63,738 nucleotides of DNA from contig JANWYQ010000088.1 of the NCBI GenBank assembly GCA_025055015.1, forward strand, positions 1 through 63,738, in the 5' to 3' direction. Position numbers and translations under genes: made by a program. The notes under the pieces were generated by a model. It was given only the letters and a program-made list of their open reading frames with translations. It was not told the DNA's origin and ran no database searches. The DNA is from Caldilineales bacterium. Its GTDB lineage: Bacteria > Chloroflexota > Anaerolineae > JAAEKA01. Below are positions 8,745-19,371 of the stretch, in pieces (position 1 is the first letter of the stretch; each line of letters begins with the position of its first letter).

Positions 8745-11700
8745 ATGTCCACCCGCACCGTCTTCCTGCTGTTGGGGATCGCCTTGTTGAGCTTCGCCGC
8801 TGTTGCCTTAGCGGCCTTGGCGCTGGCCAGCACCGCTGCGGCCGCGCCGCCGCCCCAGGGTCCCGTCCAGCCGGAGGGGCCACGGCCGCTGGCCCAGGTG
8901 CAGGTGGTCGCCATGCCGGCCTTGGACAACCAAGCCCTGCTGGCCGCCGAGCTGCAGCGCCGCGGGCCGGGCATCGCCCCCCGCTTCGCCCACGCGGTTC
9001 CCGTGCGCTTGACGCCCGACACGGCCGGCACCTGGGACCGCCTGGCCGACGGCCGGTGGCTGTGGCGGCTGCGGGTGCGCTCGGCCGGCGCGGTCTCCTT
9101 GAACCTGGGCTTCACCCAGTACCGGATGCCGGCGGGCGGCCGGTTGGCCGTGTACACCCTGGACCGCAGCGCAGAGTTCGTCTTCACCGACGCGGACAAC
9201 GAGGCCCACGGCCAGCTTTGGACCCCCCTGCTGCCCGGCGACGAGGTGGTCGTGGAGGCGACGCTGCCGGCAGAGGCGCGGTCCGCGCTGCAGCTGGAGC
9301 TGGCCGCAGTGAACCACGGCTTCACCGACCTCAAGTCCGTGCTACAGTCCGGCTCGTGCAACGTAGACGTGGTGTGCGGCGCGGCCGACGGCTTCCCCCA
9401 GGTGGACCTCTGGCGGGACCAGATGCGCGCGGTGGCGCGGCTGGTCATCGGCGGCAACACGGCGTGCACCGGCTTTCTGGTTAACAACACCGCCAACGAC
9501 GGCAAGCCTTACCTGATGACCGCCGCCCACTGCGGGGTGGGCCCCGCAACGGCGCCGTCGCTGGTCGCCTATTGGAACTTCTACAACTCCTTCTGTCGCC
9601 CTCCCAACACCCCCGGCGCGGGTGGCCGGGGGAACGGCTCCCTGAGCCAGTTCAACACCGGCTCCTTCTGGCGGGCCGGCTACGGCGTCTCCGACTTCAC
9701 CCTGGTGGAGCTGGACGACCCCATCCATCCTGCGCACCAGCCCTTCTGGGCCGGCTGGGACGCGCGCAACCTGGCGCCGGCCTCGGCCGTGACCATCCAC
9801 CACCCCCGGGCCGAGGAGATGCGCATCAGTTTCGAGAACGACCCGTTGACGGTGACCTCCTACTTGGGCAGCACCTCGCCGGGCGACGGCACCCACCTGC
9901 GGGTGGCGGACTGGGACCTGGGCACCACCGAGCCCGGCTCCTCCGGTTCTCCCCTCTTTTCGCCGGAGGGGCGGGTGGTCGGCCAGCTGCACGGCGGCTT
10001 TGCGGCCTGCGGCAACGACGCAGCCGACTGGTACGGCCGCTTTGCCGCGTCGTGGACCGGCGGCGGCACGCCCACCTCGCGGCTGCGCGACTGGCTGGAC
10101 CCCCTGGGCCTGGGCGTTCAGGTGTGGAACGGCTTCGGCGGCCGGCCTGACTTTACGTTGCGCGTGACGCCTCGGGAGCAAGGGGCCTGCCTGCCGGCCA
10201 GCGCGGCCTACTCCGTCACCGTGCAGGCCATCGGCGGCTTCACCGAGACGGTGACCCTCAGCGCGGTCAACCTGCCGGCCGGGGTGTCGCCGGCCTTCTC
10301 CCTCAACCCCGTGCCGCCCGACCAGACCAGCCGGCTGACCTTGGGCACGGCCGGCGCAGCCCCCGGCCGCTACACGTTCGAGCTGGTCGGCGCGGCGGCC
10401 AGCTTGGTCCACACGGCTACCGTGGGCCTGAACCTGGCTGCCTCTACCTTTGGCCCTCCCACCCTGATAAGCCCGGCCGACGGCGCGACAGGCCTCGACC
10501 CGATGCCGACCTTCCAGTGGCAAGCCGTGCCCGGCGCCACGGGGTACGAGCTGCAGATCGCAACAGATGCCGGCTTCGCCGACATCGTGTACGCCGCCAC
10601 CGTGCCGGCGGCCCAGACCAGCGCGCAGATTGGCGAGCCCTTAGCCCGCGGGACCACCCACTTCTGGCGCATGGCCGTGCACAACCCCTGCGGCAGGGGC
10701 CCGTTCTCGCCCGCACGGCGCTTCACCACCCAGTATCCGCCCGGCCAGTGTCCCGTCGGCGCCCAGCTGGTGACCCTCTTCGCCGACGACTTCGAGAGCG
10801 GCGCAGCGGGGTGGACCTCAGAAGGATCGGGCAACACCTGGGCCCTGTGGAGCCAGCGGGTGCGCAGCGGCGCCTTCGCCTACCACGCTGACACGCCCTC
10901 CACGGTGACCGACCAGCGGCTGGCGTCCCCGGCCATCCCGCTGCCGGCCACCGAGCTCCCTATCTACCTCAGCTTCTGGAACTACCAGCACATGGAGTCG
11001 CGCGGCTCCGGCGGCTGTTTCGACGGCGGTCTGCTGGAGGTGTCCACCAACGGCGGCGCTACCTGGCAACAAGTGGAGGCGGGCCTGCTCACCGACCCCT
11101 ACGACGGCCCCATTTCGTCAGGCTTTAACAATCCTCTGGCCGGCCGACCGGCCTGGTGCGGCGATCCCCAAGACTGGCTGGAGAGCATCGTGGACCTGGC
11201 GCCCTACGCCGGTCGGACCATCCGCCTGCGCTTCCGGGTGGGCACCGACAGCTCCGTCCGCCGCGAGGGGTGGACCATTGATGACGTGGTGGTGCAAGCG
11301 TGCCAGGTCGGGGGACCGCGCATCGTGGTGGACCCATCGGCCCTAGCCAGTAGCCAGTCGCCCGGCTCGGCCGTCCAGCAGGTGCTTCACATCAGGAACG
11401 AGGGCCAAACGCCCCTCACGTGGCGGATCGCTGAGGAGCCAGCCGCAGCCCACCGCGCGGCGGTGGCGCTGGCGGTCCCGGCCGGCAGCCCAGAGCGCCT
11501 GAGCCCCGCCGCGGCGCCCCGCAGCCGGTCGGCGCCGCTGATCCCGGCCGAGGACGTGATCAACGACGGCAGCTTCGAGGCGGGCACCCCCAACCCCTTC
11601 TGGGGAGAGAGCTCGGTGGCCTTCGGCTCTCCCTTGTGCAGTCGGACCACCTGCAACCCCAACGTCGGCTCTGGCCCCCGCACCGGCGCGTGGTGGGCGT

Positions 11701-12302
11701 GGTTCGGCGGCGTGGCCCGCGTGCGCGAGACCGCGTCGCTGACCCAGACGGTGGTGCTGCACCCTGGCGCGCCGGCCGAGCTCAGCTTCTGGCTGGAGAT
11801 GCCCACTGCCCAGGCGCCTGCCACCCTCACCGTCTCGTTGGACAACACGGTGCTGTTCCAGGCTACCGCTGCCGACGCTTCCCGCTACGCCACCTACACC
11901 AGGGTGCGGGCCGACGTCGGCGCCTTCGCCGACGGCCGGCCCCATGCGCTGCGCTTCCACGCCGTGACGGCCAGCAACGGCGCCGCAGTGACCAACATCT
12001 TCGTGGACGACGTGGCGCTGAACGACAACCTGGTGCCGCCCTGCAGTCGGCTGGAGGATGTGCCGTGGCTAAGCGTGTTCCCCACCCAGGGCACGTTGGA
12101 GCCCTTCGGCGCGGGAAGCAAGGCTGCCGTCGCCGCCACAGTGACGTTCGACGCTTCCGGGCTGAACCTGGGCCTCTACCGAGCCCACCTGTGCGTGACC
12201 AGCAACGACCGGGACAACCCGCTGGTGGTGGTGCCGGTGCGCATGGAGGTGTTCCGGCATCCCGTCCGCACCTACCTCCCCTTGTTGCTCCGAGGGCCCT
12301 GA
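8745..12302 (+). CDS. Secreted trypsin-like (S1, lysyl endopeptidase-like) serine protease with Ig/FN3 and jelly-roll accessory domains
   Basis: TAAHC, SDFTLVEL and GSSGSPLF catalytic triad motifs; propeptide; C-terminal RTYLPLLLR. Confidence 0.85.
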   Translation: MSTRTVFLLLGIALLSFAAVALAALALASTAAAAPPPQGPVQPEGPRPLAQVQVVAMPALDNQALLAAELQRRGPGIAPRFAHAVPVRLTPDTAGTWDRLADGRWLWRLRVRSAGAVSLNLGFTQYRMPAGGRLAVYTLDRSAEFVFTDADNEAHGQLWTPLLPGDEVVVEATLPAEARSALQLELAAVNHGFTDLKSVLQSGSCNVDVVCGAADGFPQVDLWRDQMRAVARLVIGGNTACTGFLVNNTANDGKPYLMTAAHCGVGPATAPSLVAYWNFYNSFCRPPNTPGAGGRGNGSLSQFNTGSFWRAGYGVSDFTLVELDDPIHPAHQPFWAGWDARNLAPASAVTIHHPRAEEMRISFENDPLTVTSYLGSTSPGDGTHLRVADWDLGTTEPGSSGSPLFSPEGRVVGQLHGGFAACGNDAADWYGRFAASWTGGGTPTSRLRDWLDPLGLGVQVWNGFGGRPDFTLRVTPREQGACLPASAAYSVTVQAIGGFTETVTLSAVNLPAGVSPAFSLNPVPPDQTSRLTLGTAGAAPGRYTFELVGAAASLVHTATVGLNLAASTFGPPTLISPADGATGLDPMPTFQWQAVPGATGYELQIATDAGFADIVYAATVPAAQTSAQIGEPLARGTTHFWRMAVHNPCGRGPFSPARRFTTQYPPGQCPVGAQLVTLFADDFESGAAGWTSEGSGNTWALWSQRVRSGAFAYHADTPSTVTDQRLASPAIPLPATELPIYLSFWNYQHMESRGSGGCFDGGLLEVSTNGGATWQQVEAGLLTDPYDGPISSGFNNPLAGRPAWCGDPQDWLESIVDLAPYAGRTIRLRFRVGTDSSVRREGWTIDDVVVQACQVGGPRIVVDPSALASSQSPGSAVQQVLHIRNEGQTPLTWRIAEEPAAAHRAAVALAVPAGSPERLSPAAAPRSRSAPLIPAEDVINDGSFEAGTPNPFWGESSVAFGSPLCSRTTCNPNVGSGPRTGAWWAWFGGVARVRETASLTQTVVLHPGAPAELSFWLEMPTAQAPATLTVSLDNTVLFQATAADASRYATYTRVRADVGAFADGRPHALRFHAVTASNGAAVTNIFVDDVALNDNLVPPCSRLEDVPWLSVFPTQGTLEPFGAGSKAAVAATVTFDASGLNLGLYRAHLCVTSNDRDNPLVVVPVRMEVFRHPVRTYLPLLLRGP

Positions 12303-12338
12303 GAGGTTCGACGACGCTGTGCAACGCGGAGGCGCCCT

Positions 12339-12707
12339 GTGATCAGCCGCGAGGAGTTCGAGCAGCTGGTGGCGGATGCGCTGGCCACTCTGCCGGAGGA
12401 GATCCTGCAGCGCATGGAGAACGTAGCCATCACCGTGCAGGAGTGGCCGACGCGGCTGCAGCTGCGCTCGGCGCGCGTGCCGCCGGGCTCCACCCTGTTC
12501 GGGCTGTACGAGGGGGTTCCCCTGACCGCCCGCACCAGCCACTACGGCATGGTCACCCCGGACCGCATCACCATCTTCCGCGGGCCGCTGTTGGCCTATT
12601 GTCGCACGCCCGAGGCCATCGCCGAGCAGGTGCGCAAGACCGTGGTGCACGAGATCGCCCACCATTTCGGCATGGACGAGGCGCAGATCCGCCGGCTGGG
12701 CTACTAA
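12339..12707 (+). CDS. Minimal zincin metallopeptidase (Zincin_1/DUF1025)
   Basis: GLYEGVP, PDRITIFR, HEIAHHFG motifs. Confidence 0.9.
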   Translation: MISREEFEQLVADALATLPEEILQRMENVAITVQEWPTRLQLRSARVPPGSTLFGLYEGVPLTARTSHYGMVTPDRITIFRGPLLAYCRTPEAIAEQVRKTVVHEIAHHFGMDEAQIRRLGY

Positions 12708-12732
12708 GCCGAGTTGCAGCCGGCCGGTCGTG

Positions 12733-12875
12733 TAGCCGGCCATTCAGCCCCACTGGCTAAAGCCGCGACTCCCCTCCTCCCTCCACGGACTCGAGGCTTT
12801 AGCCGGCCATCCGTAAGGCTTCAGCCGGCCATCCATGCACACCCACCCTCCCAAACCGACCAGCTAAAGCTTCGC
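12733..12875. repeat. REP-like cluster (GGCTAAAGCC/GGCTTTAGCC) between convergent genes
   Basis: ggctaaagcc...ggctttagcc inverted pair; agccggccat repeated three times. Confidence 0.6.
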
Positions 12876-12900
12876 CTCCGATGGGATAACCGGCTTCCAG

Positions 12901-13401
12901 TCATTCCAACGGCGTCAGCAGGATCACGGGGATCTGCCTCGGATAGGCCCGGCGAGCGTAGGCGTCGTAGCCGGGGTAGCGCGCCGTGGCCAGCCGCCAC
13001 AGCCGCTCCCGCTCCTCCCCGGCGACCTCCTGTGCCAGGTAGCGCCCCTCTTGCTCGCCGACCCGCAGCGTCACCTGCGGATGCGCGCGCACGTTGTGGT
13101 ACCACGCCGGGTGCTGGCTGCGGCCGAAGCTGGAGGCAATGAGCACGAAGTTGGTCCCATCGGGGATGGCCAGCAGGGGCACCGACCGCGGCTGGCCGCT
13201 CTTGGCGCCGGTGGCCGTCAGCACCACCACCGGCAGGCCGGTCAACAGGCTGGTGAGGGAGCGGCGCCCTCGGCTGCGCTCCAGCACCGGCCGGTCCAGG
13301 CAGTGCAGGATGGGCGCCAGCAGAGCCGAGATCGGCCGCCACACCACGATGCGCTTGACCCCCCGCTGCAGCAGGTTAGGGCGGTGGTCCAGGGAGATCA
13401 T
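12901..13401 (-). CDS. Deazaflavin (F420)-dependent nitroreductase family (DDN) oxidoreductase
   Basis: LTATGAKSGQPR, ASSFG..QHPAWYHN, RQIPVILL motifs. Confidence 0.9.
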   Translation of the reverse strand: MISLDHRPNLLQRGVKRIVVWRPISALLAPILHCLDRPVLERSRGRRSLTSLLTGLPVVVLTATGAKSGQPRSVPLLAIPDGTNFVLIASSFGRSQHPAWYHNVRAHPQVTLRVGEQEGRYLAQEVAGEERERLWRLATARYPGYDAYARRAYPRQIPVILLTPLE

Positions 13402-13415
13402 GGAGTGCGCAGGCG

Positions 13416-13973
13416 CTACGCCGACACTGCGGCCTGGAGCGGCACGGCCTTCCACCGCTCCTGGCCGTCCTTGTCCTTCACCTTTACCAGCCGGCGCAGC
13501 TTCGCCGGCCCCTCCACCCGGTCAATGAACAGCACGCCGTTCAGGTGGTCAATCTCGTGCTGGAAGACCCGGGCCAGCCAATCCCGCGCCTCTAGCCGTT
13601 GCGGCTTGCCGTAGCGGTCCTGGCCGGTCACCACCACCCACTCGGCCCGCCACACGTCGCCCACGATGTCTGGAATGGAGAGGCATCCCTCCTCCCCCTC
13701 TACCTCGGTGTCGCTGGCGCGCACGATCTCCGGGTTGACGAACTCGTACAGCTTGCCGCTCTGCGGGTCCTCCTCGTCCTCCGGTAGCTCCACCACGATC
13801 ACCCGCTCCGACACGCCGATCTGGGGCGCGGCCAAGCCCACGCCGGGCGCCTGGCGCATGGTCTCCACCATGTCGTCAATGAGCTGGTGCAGGCGTTTGT
13901 CGAACTTCTTGACCTTGCGGGCCTCTTGGCGCAACACCGGGTCGCCAATGGTTCTGATCTCGCGAACCGCCAT
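13416..13973 (-). CDS. def: Peptide deformylase
   Basis: GVGLAAPQIG, EGCLS, QHEIDHL motifs. Confidence 0.97.
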   Translation of the reverse strand: MAVREIRTIGDPVLRQEARKVKKFDKRLHQLIDDMVETMRQAPGVGLAAPQIGVSERVIVVELPEDEEDPQSGKLYEFVNPEIVRASDTEVEGEEGCLSIPDIVGDVWRAEWVVVTGQDRYGKPQRLEARDWLARVFQHEIDHLNGVLFIDRVEGPAKLRRLVKVKDKDGQERWKAVPLQAAVSA

Positions 13974-14014
13974 GTCTACCCTCGCAATGCGTGGTCTTTG
14001 GTTGTCCAGCGGGC

Positions 14015-14043
14015 ATTATAGCTGGCGCAGCGCACCTCTGCAA
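14015..14043 (-). promoter_or_regulatory. Promoter for def
   Basis: TTGCAG-17-TATAAT on the minus strand. Confidence 0.65.
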
Positions 14044-14086
14044 ACGGATGGGTCGGCGTGGGCCGGTCTTTAGGGCCGGGCCAGGC

Positions 14087-14115
14087 TTGCCTCTTGCCTG
14101 TCCCCTGTTTATAAT
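14087..14115 (+). promoter_or_regulatory. Promoter for yitJ, probably leaderless transcript
   Basis: TTGCCT-17-TATAAT, 7 nt before ATG 14123; no Shine-Dalgarno. Confidence 0.7.
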
Positions 14116-14122
14116 GCCGGCC

Positions 14123-15988
14123 ATGACCAACCTTTCCTTCGTTGAGGCGCTAGAACAGGGGCCCCTGCTGTGCGATGGCGCCATGGGCACCATGCTGTAC
14201 AGCTACGGCGCGTCCTTCGAGCAATGCCTGGACGAGCTCAACCTGAGCCGGCCGGAGCTGGTGCTGCGCATCCACAGCGAGTACTTGGCCGCCGGCGCGG
14301 ACGTCATCGAGACCAACACCTTCGGCGCCAACCGGGTCAAGCTGGAGGAGCATGGCCTGGCCGACCGGGTGGCGGAGATCAACGCCGCCGGCGCACGGCT
14401 GGCGCGGCAGGCCGTGGCGTTGTCCGGCCGCCGCGCGTTCGTGGCCGGCTCCGTCGGGCCGATGGGCCGCGGGGTGGCGCCCTTCGGCCCCGTCTCCCAC
14501 GAGGCGGCGCGCGCGATCTTCGCTGAACAGATCGCCGCGCTGGCTGCCGGCGGCGTGGACCTGTTGCTGCTGGAGACCTTCACCGACCTGACGGAGATCA
14601 CCCTGGCCATCGAGGCCGCGCACCAGGCCGCGCCGGACCTCCCCATCGTGGCCCAGATGACCTTCTCCGAGGAGCGCTACACCATCGCCGGCCACACGCC
14701 GGAGGAGGTGGCCAACGCGCTCTGCTCCCTGGGGGTGACCTTGGCCGGCGCCAACTGCAGCACCGGGCCGGCCATTGTGCTGCGGGTGGTGCGGCGCATG
14801 CAGGCCGCCTGTCCCCAGGTGCGGGTCTCGGCGCAGCCCAACGCCGGCTTCCCCACCCGCCAGGGCGGCCGGGTGCTGTATCCCTCCAGCCCGGCCTACT
14901 TCGCCGACTTCGCCCGCATGGCCGCCGCGGCCGGCGTCCGGCTCATCGGCGGCTGCTGCGGCACCACGCCGGGGCACATCGCGGCCATGGCCGCGGCGCT
15001 GCGCTCCGCCCCCCTCTCCCCCGACCAGCTGCCGCCCTTGCCGCCGGTCAAGCAGCCTCAGCCGGGCGAGCCTCCTCCACCCACCGACCTGGCCCTCACC
15101 CTGGGCAAGCGCTTTATCGTCACCGTGGAGCTGCACCCCCCGCGCGGGGCCGACGCCAGCGACGTGGTGGCCAGCGCCCAGCGGCTCAAGCAGGCCGGCG
15201 CCACCTTCGTCAACGTGGCCGACAGCCCCCTGGCCCGCATGCGCATGAGCCCGTGGGCCTGTGCCTATTTGATCCAACAACAGGTGGGCATGGAGACCAT
15301 CCTCCACTTCCCCACCCGCGGGCGCAACCTGCTGCGCATCCAGGGCGACCTGCTGGCGGCCCATGCGCTGGGCGTGCGCAACCTGTTCGTGGTGATGGGC
15401 GACCCGCCGCGCATTGGCGACTACCCCCAGGCCAGCGACGCCCAGGACGTGGTGCCCTCCGGCCTGATCCGCCTGATCACCCAGAACCTGAACCGAGGCA
15501 CCGACCAGGCCGGCAACAGCATCGGCCAGCCCACCGGCTTCACCGTGGGCTGCGCGCTGAACATGGGCGCCGAGGACCTGGACAAGGAGATCGAGGTCCT
15601 CAAGAAGAAGCTGGACGCCGGCGCGCAGTTCGCCCTGACCCAGCCCGTCTTCGACCCTGCTGTGGTGGAGCGCTTCTTGGACCGCTTCGGCGGCCGGCCG
15701 CCGCTGCCCATCCTGATGGGCCTGATGCCGCTGTACGGCCTGCGCCACGCCCGCTTCCTGCACCACGAGGTGCCCGGCATCTCCATCCCGGAGCCCCTGC
15801 TGGCGCGCATGGAGGCCGCCGAGGCGCTCGGCAGGCCGCGCCACGAGGGCATCGCCATTGCCCAGGAGATCCTGCTGGCTGCCCAGCCGCTGGTGCAGGG
15901 CGTGTACGTGATGCCCCCCTTCCGCCGCTACGACATCGCCGCCGAGGTGATCAGCGTCGTCCGCAATCGGGAGCGCCCTGCGCTTTGA
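14123..15988 (+). CDS. yitJ: Bifunctional homocysteine S-methyltransferase / methylenetetrahydrofolate reductase
   Basis: DGAMGT, ETNTFGAN, GANC, GGCCGT Zn motifs; C-terminal MTHFR domain (VELHPP, GDPP, TQPVFD). Confidence 0.92.
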   Translation: MTNLSFVEALEQGPLLCDGAMGTMLYSYGASFEQCLDELNLSRPELVLRIHSEYLAAGADVIETNTFGANRVKLEEHGLADRVAEINAAGARLARQAVALSGRRAFVAGSVGPMGRGVAPFGPVSHEAARAIFAEQIAALAAGGVDLLLLETFTDLTEITLAIEAAHQAAPDLPIVAQMTFSEERYTIAGHTPEEVANALCSLGVTLAGANCSTGPAIVLRVVRRMQAACPQVRVSAQPNAGFPTRQGGRVLYPSSPAYFADFARMAAAAGVRLIGGCCGTTPGHIAAMAAALRSAPLSPDQLPPLPPVKQPQPGEPPPPTDLALTLGKRFIVTVELHPPRGADASDVVASAQRLKQAGATFVNVADSPLARMRMSPWACAYLIQQQVGMETILHFPTRGRNLLRIQGDLLAAHALGVRNLFVVMGDPPRIGDYPQASDAQDVVPSGLIRLITQNLNRGTDQAGNSIGQPTGFTVGCALNMGAEDLDKEIEVLKKKLDAGAQFALTQPVFDPAVVERFLDRFGGRPPLPILMGLMPLYGLRHARFLHHEVPGISIPEPLLARMEAAEALGRPRHEGIAIAQEILLAAQPLVQGVYVMPPFRRYDIAAEVISVVRNRERPAL

Positions 15989-16013
15989 CACTGCCCCAGA
16001 GCCGTGTTATACT
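15985..16013 (+). promoter_or_regulatory. Near-consensus sigma70 promoter (6S RNA candidate / korAB)
   Basis: TTGACA-17-TATACT. Confidence 0.8.
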
Positions 16014-16019
16014 CGCGGC

Positions 16020-16170
16020 GAGCTGAGCGATCGCACCTGAGCCCAGCCACGGCGATGTGGTTACCCAGCAACCGGCCTCTTGGCCGGTTCTGTATCTTGC
16101 GACGGCGCACCCTCACGGGGGCGATGACCACCTCACCCGCCGCCGGAGCTTCTGCGGATCGGCCCAGCCT
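16020..16170 (+). ncRNA. ssrS: Probable 6S RNA
   Basis: Starts at the predicted TSS; closing stem 16022-16035 with 16153-16168; apical hairpin aaccggcc-tctt-ggccggtt; blocks CCTGAGCC, ATGTGG and TGCGACG in the same order as in E. coli 6S. Confidence 0.6.
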
Positions 16171-16308
16171 TTGTAACAGTGCACACCGAAAAGCCCAGCC
16201 ACATGGCTTCATCATTGGTTCGGAGACATAGCCAGGGGAGCGATCTTCGCTCGCCAAATCCCATTGCTTTCCTGATAGTTCCGCCTACCGGTGCAAGGAG
16301 ATTGAACG

Positions 16309-18183
16309 ATGTCCCCTTCTGTTAGGCCGGTGCATGTCGAAGAGGTCGAGGAGGTCGTCATTAGGTTCGCCGGCGACTCCGGCGACGGCATGCAGCTCAC
16401 CGGCACTCAGTTCACCAACACCGCCGCCATCGTCGGCAACGACATCAGCACGTTGCCCGATTTCCCCGCCGAGATCCGCGCGCCCGCCGGCACCCTGGCC
16501 GGCGTCAGCGGTTTCCAGGTCCACCTTGCCAGCGAGGACATCTTCACCCCGGGCGACGAGCCCCACGTGCTGATCGCAATGAACCCAGCCGCCCTCAAGG
16601 CCAGCTTGGGGGACTTGATGCCAGGGGGCACCATCATCGTGAACTCGGACGAGTTCACCCCGGCCAACCTCAAGAAGGCCGGCTACGACCGCAACCCCTT
16701 GGACGATGGCTCGCTGAAGGGATACCACGTCCATCGCGTGCCCATCACCACCCTGAACCGCCATGCGGTGGAGGGCGTGGAGGGCTTGTCCACCAAAGAG
16801 GTAGACCGCTCTCGCAACTTCTTCGCCCTTGGGCTCACCTTCTGGATCTACGACCGGCCCCTGGACAACACCCTAAAGTGGATTGACGAGAAGTTCGGCA
16901 AGCGGCCGGAGATCGCCGAGGCCAACCGCCGCGCGCTGCTGGCCGGCTACCACTTCGGCGATACCACCGAGGCGTTCCAGACCCGCTACAAGGTCAAGCC
17001 GGCCGAGCTGCCTCCCGGCGACTACCGCAAGGTCACCGGCAACGAGGCCCTGGCCATGGGCCTGGTGACCGCCGCCCACCTGGCCGGCAAGCAGCTCATC
17101 TACTGCAGCTATCCCATCACCCCGGCCAGCGACATCCTCCACACCCTGGCGTCCCTCAAGAACTACAGCGTGGTGACCTTCCAGGCCGAGGACGAGATCG
17201 CTGCCATGGGCGCCACCATCGGCGCTGCCTTCGGCGGCGCCTTCGCCGTCACCGGCACCAGCGGCCCCGGCATGGCCCTCAAGAGCGAGGCCATCAACCT
17301 GGCCGTAGTGCTGGAGCTGCCCATGGTGATCGTGGACGTGCAGCGCGCCGGCCCCAGCACCGGCATGCCCACCAAGCCGGAGCAGGGCGACCTGTTGCAG
17401 GCCCTTTTTGGCCGCAACGGCGAGAGCCCCGTGCCCGTGGTAGCGCCCGCCTCCCCGGCCGACTGCTTCGACATGGCCATTGAGGCCTTCCGCCTGGCCG
17501 TGCAGGCCATGTCCCCGGTGATCCTGCTGTCCGACGGCTACCTGGCCAACAGCGCCGAGCCGTGGCACATCCCGACCGAGGAGGAGCTGGCCCAGCGCTT
17601 CACCTTCCACATCCACCACCCCACAGCCGCCGAGTTCGGCAACGGCCACGGCTTCCTGCCCTACGCCCGAGACCCGCAGACCCTGGCGCGGCCTTGGGCC
17701 TTGCCCGGCACCCCCGGCCTCGAGCATCGCATCGGCGGCCTGGGCAAGCAGCCGGGCACCGGCAACGTCTCCTACGCGCCGGAGGACCACGACCGCATGG
17801 TGCGCGATCGGGCAGCCAAGGTGGCCCGGCTGGCGGAGTTCATCCCGCCGCTGGAGGTCTTCGGCGCCCAGGAGGGCGACCTGCTGGTCGTCGGTTGGGG
17901 TAGCTCCTACGGCGCCATCCACCAGGCGGTGGACCGCGCGCACTTCCGCCAAGGCAAGAGCGTCGGCGCGGTGCACCTGCGCTACTTGAACCCCTTCCCG
18001 CGCAACCTGGGCGAGATCATGAGCCGCTTCGAGCACATCCTGGTGCCGGAGATGAACCTGGGACAGCTGGCCATGCTGCTCAAGGCCACCTTCCTGCGCC
18101 CGGTGATCTCCATGCCCAAGGTGCGCGGCCGCCCGTTCAAGATCAGCGAGCTCAGCGCCAAGATTGACGAGCTTCTCGGCTAG
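16309..18183 (+). CDS. korA: 2-oxoacid:ferredoxin oxidoreductase alpha subunit (gamma-alpha fusion)
   Basis: [37 protein letters not shown] motifs; substrate not determinable. Confidence 0.92.
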   Translation: MSPSVRPVHVEEVEEVVIRFAGDSGDGMQLTGTQFTNTAAIVGNDISTLPDFPAEIRAPAGTLAGVSGFQVHLASEDIFTPGDEPHVLIAMNPAALKASLGDLMPGGTIIVNSDEFTPANLKKAGYDRNPLDDGSLKGYHVHRVPITTLNRHAVEGVEGLSTKEVDRSRNFFALGLTFWIYDRPLDNTLKWIDEKFGKRPEIAEANRRALLAGYHFGDTTEAFQTRYKVKPAELPPGDYRKVTGNEALAMGLVTAAHLAGKQLIYCSYPITPASDILHTLASLKNYSVVTFQAEDEIAAMGATIGAAFGGAFAVTGTSGPGMALKSEAINLAVVLELPMVIVDVQRAGPSTGMPTKPEQGDLLQALFGRNGESPVPVVAPASPADCFDMAIEAFRLAVQAMSPVILLSDGYLANSAEPWHIPTEEELAQRFTFHIHHPTAAEFGNGHGFLPYARDPQTLARPWALPGTPGLEHRIGGLGKQPGTGNVSYAPEDHDRMVRDRAAKVARLAEFIPPLEVFGAQEGDLLVVGWGSSYGAIHQAVDRAHFRQGKSVGAVHLRYLNPFPRNLGEIMSRFEHILVPEMNLGQLAMLLKATFLRPVISMPKVRGRPFKISELSAKIDELLG

Positions 18184-18203
18184 CCAAAAAAGGAATGCCA
18201 ACC

Positions 18204-19277
18204 ATGAGCGACGTCATCCAGTTGACCCGCAAGGACTTCGTCTCTGACCAGACGGTGCGCTGGTGCCCTGGCTGCGGCGACTACGCCATCCTGGCCCAGA
18301 TGCAAAAGGTGATGCCGGAGCTGGGCATCCCGCGCGAGAAGATCGTGTTCATCTCCGGCATCGGCTGTTCCAGCCGGTTCCCCTACTACATGAACACCTA
18401 CGGCATCCACAGCATCCACGGCCGCGCGCCCACCTTGGCCACCGGCCTGAAGCTGGCCAACCCCGACCTGACGGTGTTCGTCATCACCGGCGACGGCGAC
18501 GGCCTGTCCATCGGCGGCAACCACCTGCTGCACGCCATGCGCCGCAACGTGGACATCAAAATTATCCTGTTCAACAACCGCATCTACGGCCTCACCAAGG
18601 GGCAGTACTCGCCCACGTCGGAGCCGGGCACTAAGACCAAGTCCTCCCCCATGGGCACCCTGGAGCAGGCCTTCAACCCCATCAGCGTGGCCCTGGGCGC
18701 GGAGTGCACCTTCGTAGCCCGCACCGTGGACGTGGAGCAGAAGCACATGGCCGACATCCTGCTCCGCGCCGCCCAGCACAAGGGCACCTCCTTCGTGGAG
18801 ATCTTCCAGAACTGCTTGATCTTCAACGACGGCACCTGGGCCCCGGTCACCGACAAGGACGTGAAGGACGACAACCGCGTGATCCTGGAGCACGGCAAGC
18901 CGCTGATCTTCGGCAAGAACCGGGACAAGGGCATCCGCATCGGCCGCGACCTGCAGCCAGAGGTGGTGTCGCTGGACGAGGTGGACGAGAGCGAGCTGCT
19001 GGTGCACGACGAGCACGCCGAGAGCCCTAACCTGGCCTTCATGCTCAGCCGCATGAGCTATCCTCGCTACCCCGTGCCCATCGGCGTCTTCCGCGACGTG
19101 GACCACCTCACCTACGAGGAGGGGGTTCGCAAGCAGATCGCCGAAGCTACCCGCAAGCGGGGCGCCGGCACGCTGCAGGCCCTCTTCCGGGCCGACGACA
19201 TCTGGACGGTGCGCAGCCACGACGGCCACAACGGCCACCACGAGGTGGAGCACCCCTTGTTCACCATGGCGGAGTAG
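18204..19277 (+). CDS. korB: 2-oxoacid:ferredoxin oxidoreductase beta subunit
   Basis: WCPGCGD, GIGCSS, GDGD...NN TPP motif; start 18204 fits the AAGGA RBS better than 18195. Confidence 0.92.
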   Translation: MSDVIQLTRKDFVSDQTVRWCPGCGDYAILAQMQKVMPELGIPREKIVFISGIGCSSRFPYYMNTYGIHSIHGRAPTLATGLKLANPDLTVFVITGDGDGLSIGGNHLLHAMRRNVDIKIILFNNRIYGLTKGQYSPTSEPGTKTKSSPMGTLEQAFNPISVALGAECTFVARTVDVEQKHMADILLRAAQHKGTSFVEIFQNCLIFNDGTWAPVTDKDVKDDNRVILEHGKPLIFGKNRDKGIRIGRDLQPEVVSLDEVDESELLVHDEHAESPNLAFMLSRMSYPRYPVPIGVFRDVDHLTYEEGVRKQIAEATRKRGAGTLQALFRADDIWTVRSHDGHNGHHEVEHPLFTMAE

Positions 19278-19320
19278 CGCCAGGCCAACTCGCCTAAGGC
19301 CCGACGCAGCCAACTCTCCA

Positions 19321-19348
19321 GGACGCCCCATGGGGCGTCCTTTTTTTT
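19321..19348 (+). terminator. Rho-independent terminator of korAB
   Basis: ggacgcccca/tggggcgtcc stem followed by T8. Confidence 0.9.
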
Positions 19349-19371
19349 CGGCCAGCGGCAGCGCGGCTCCG

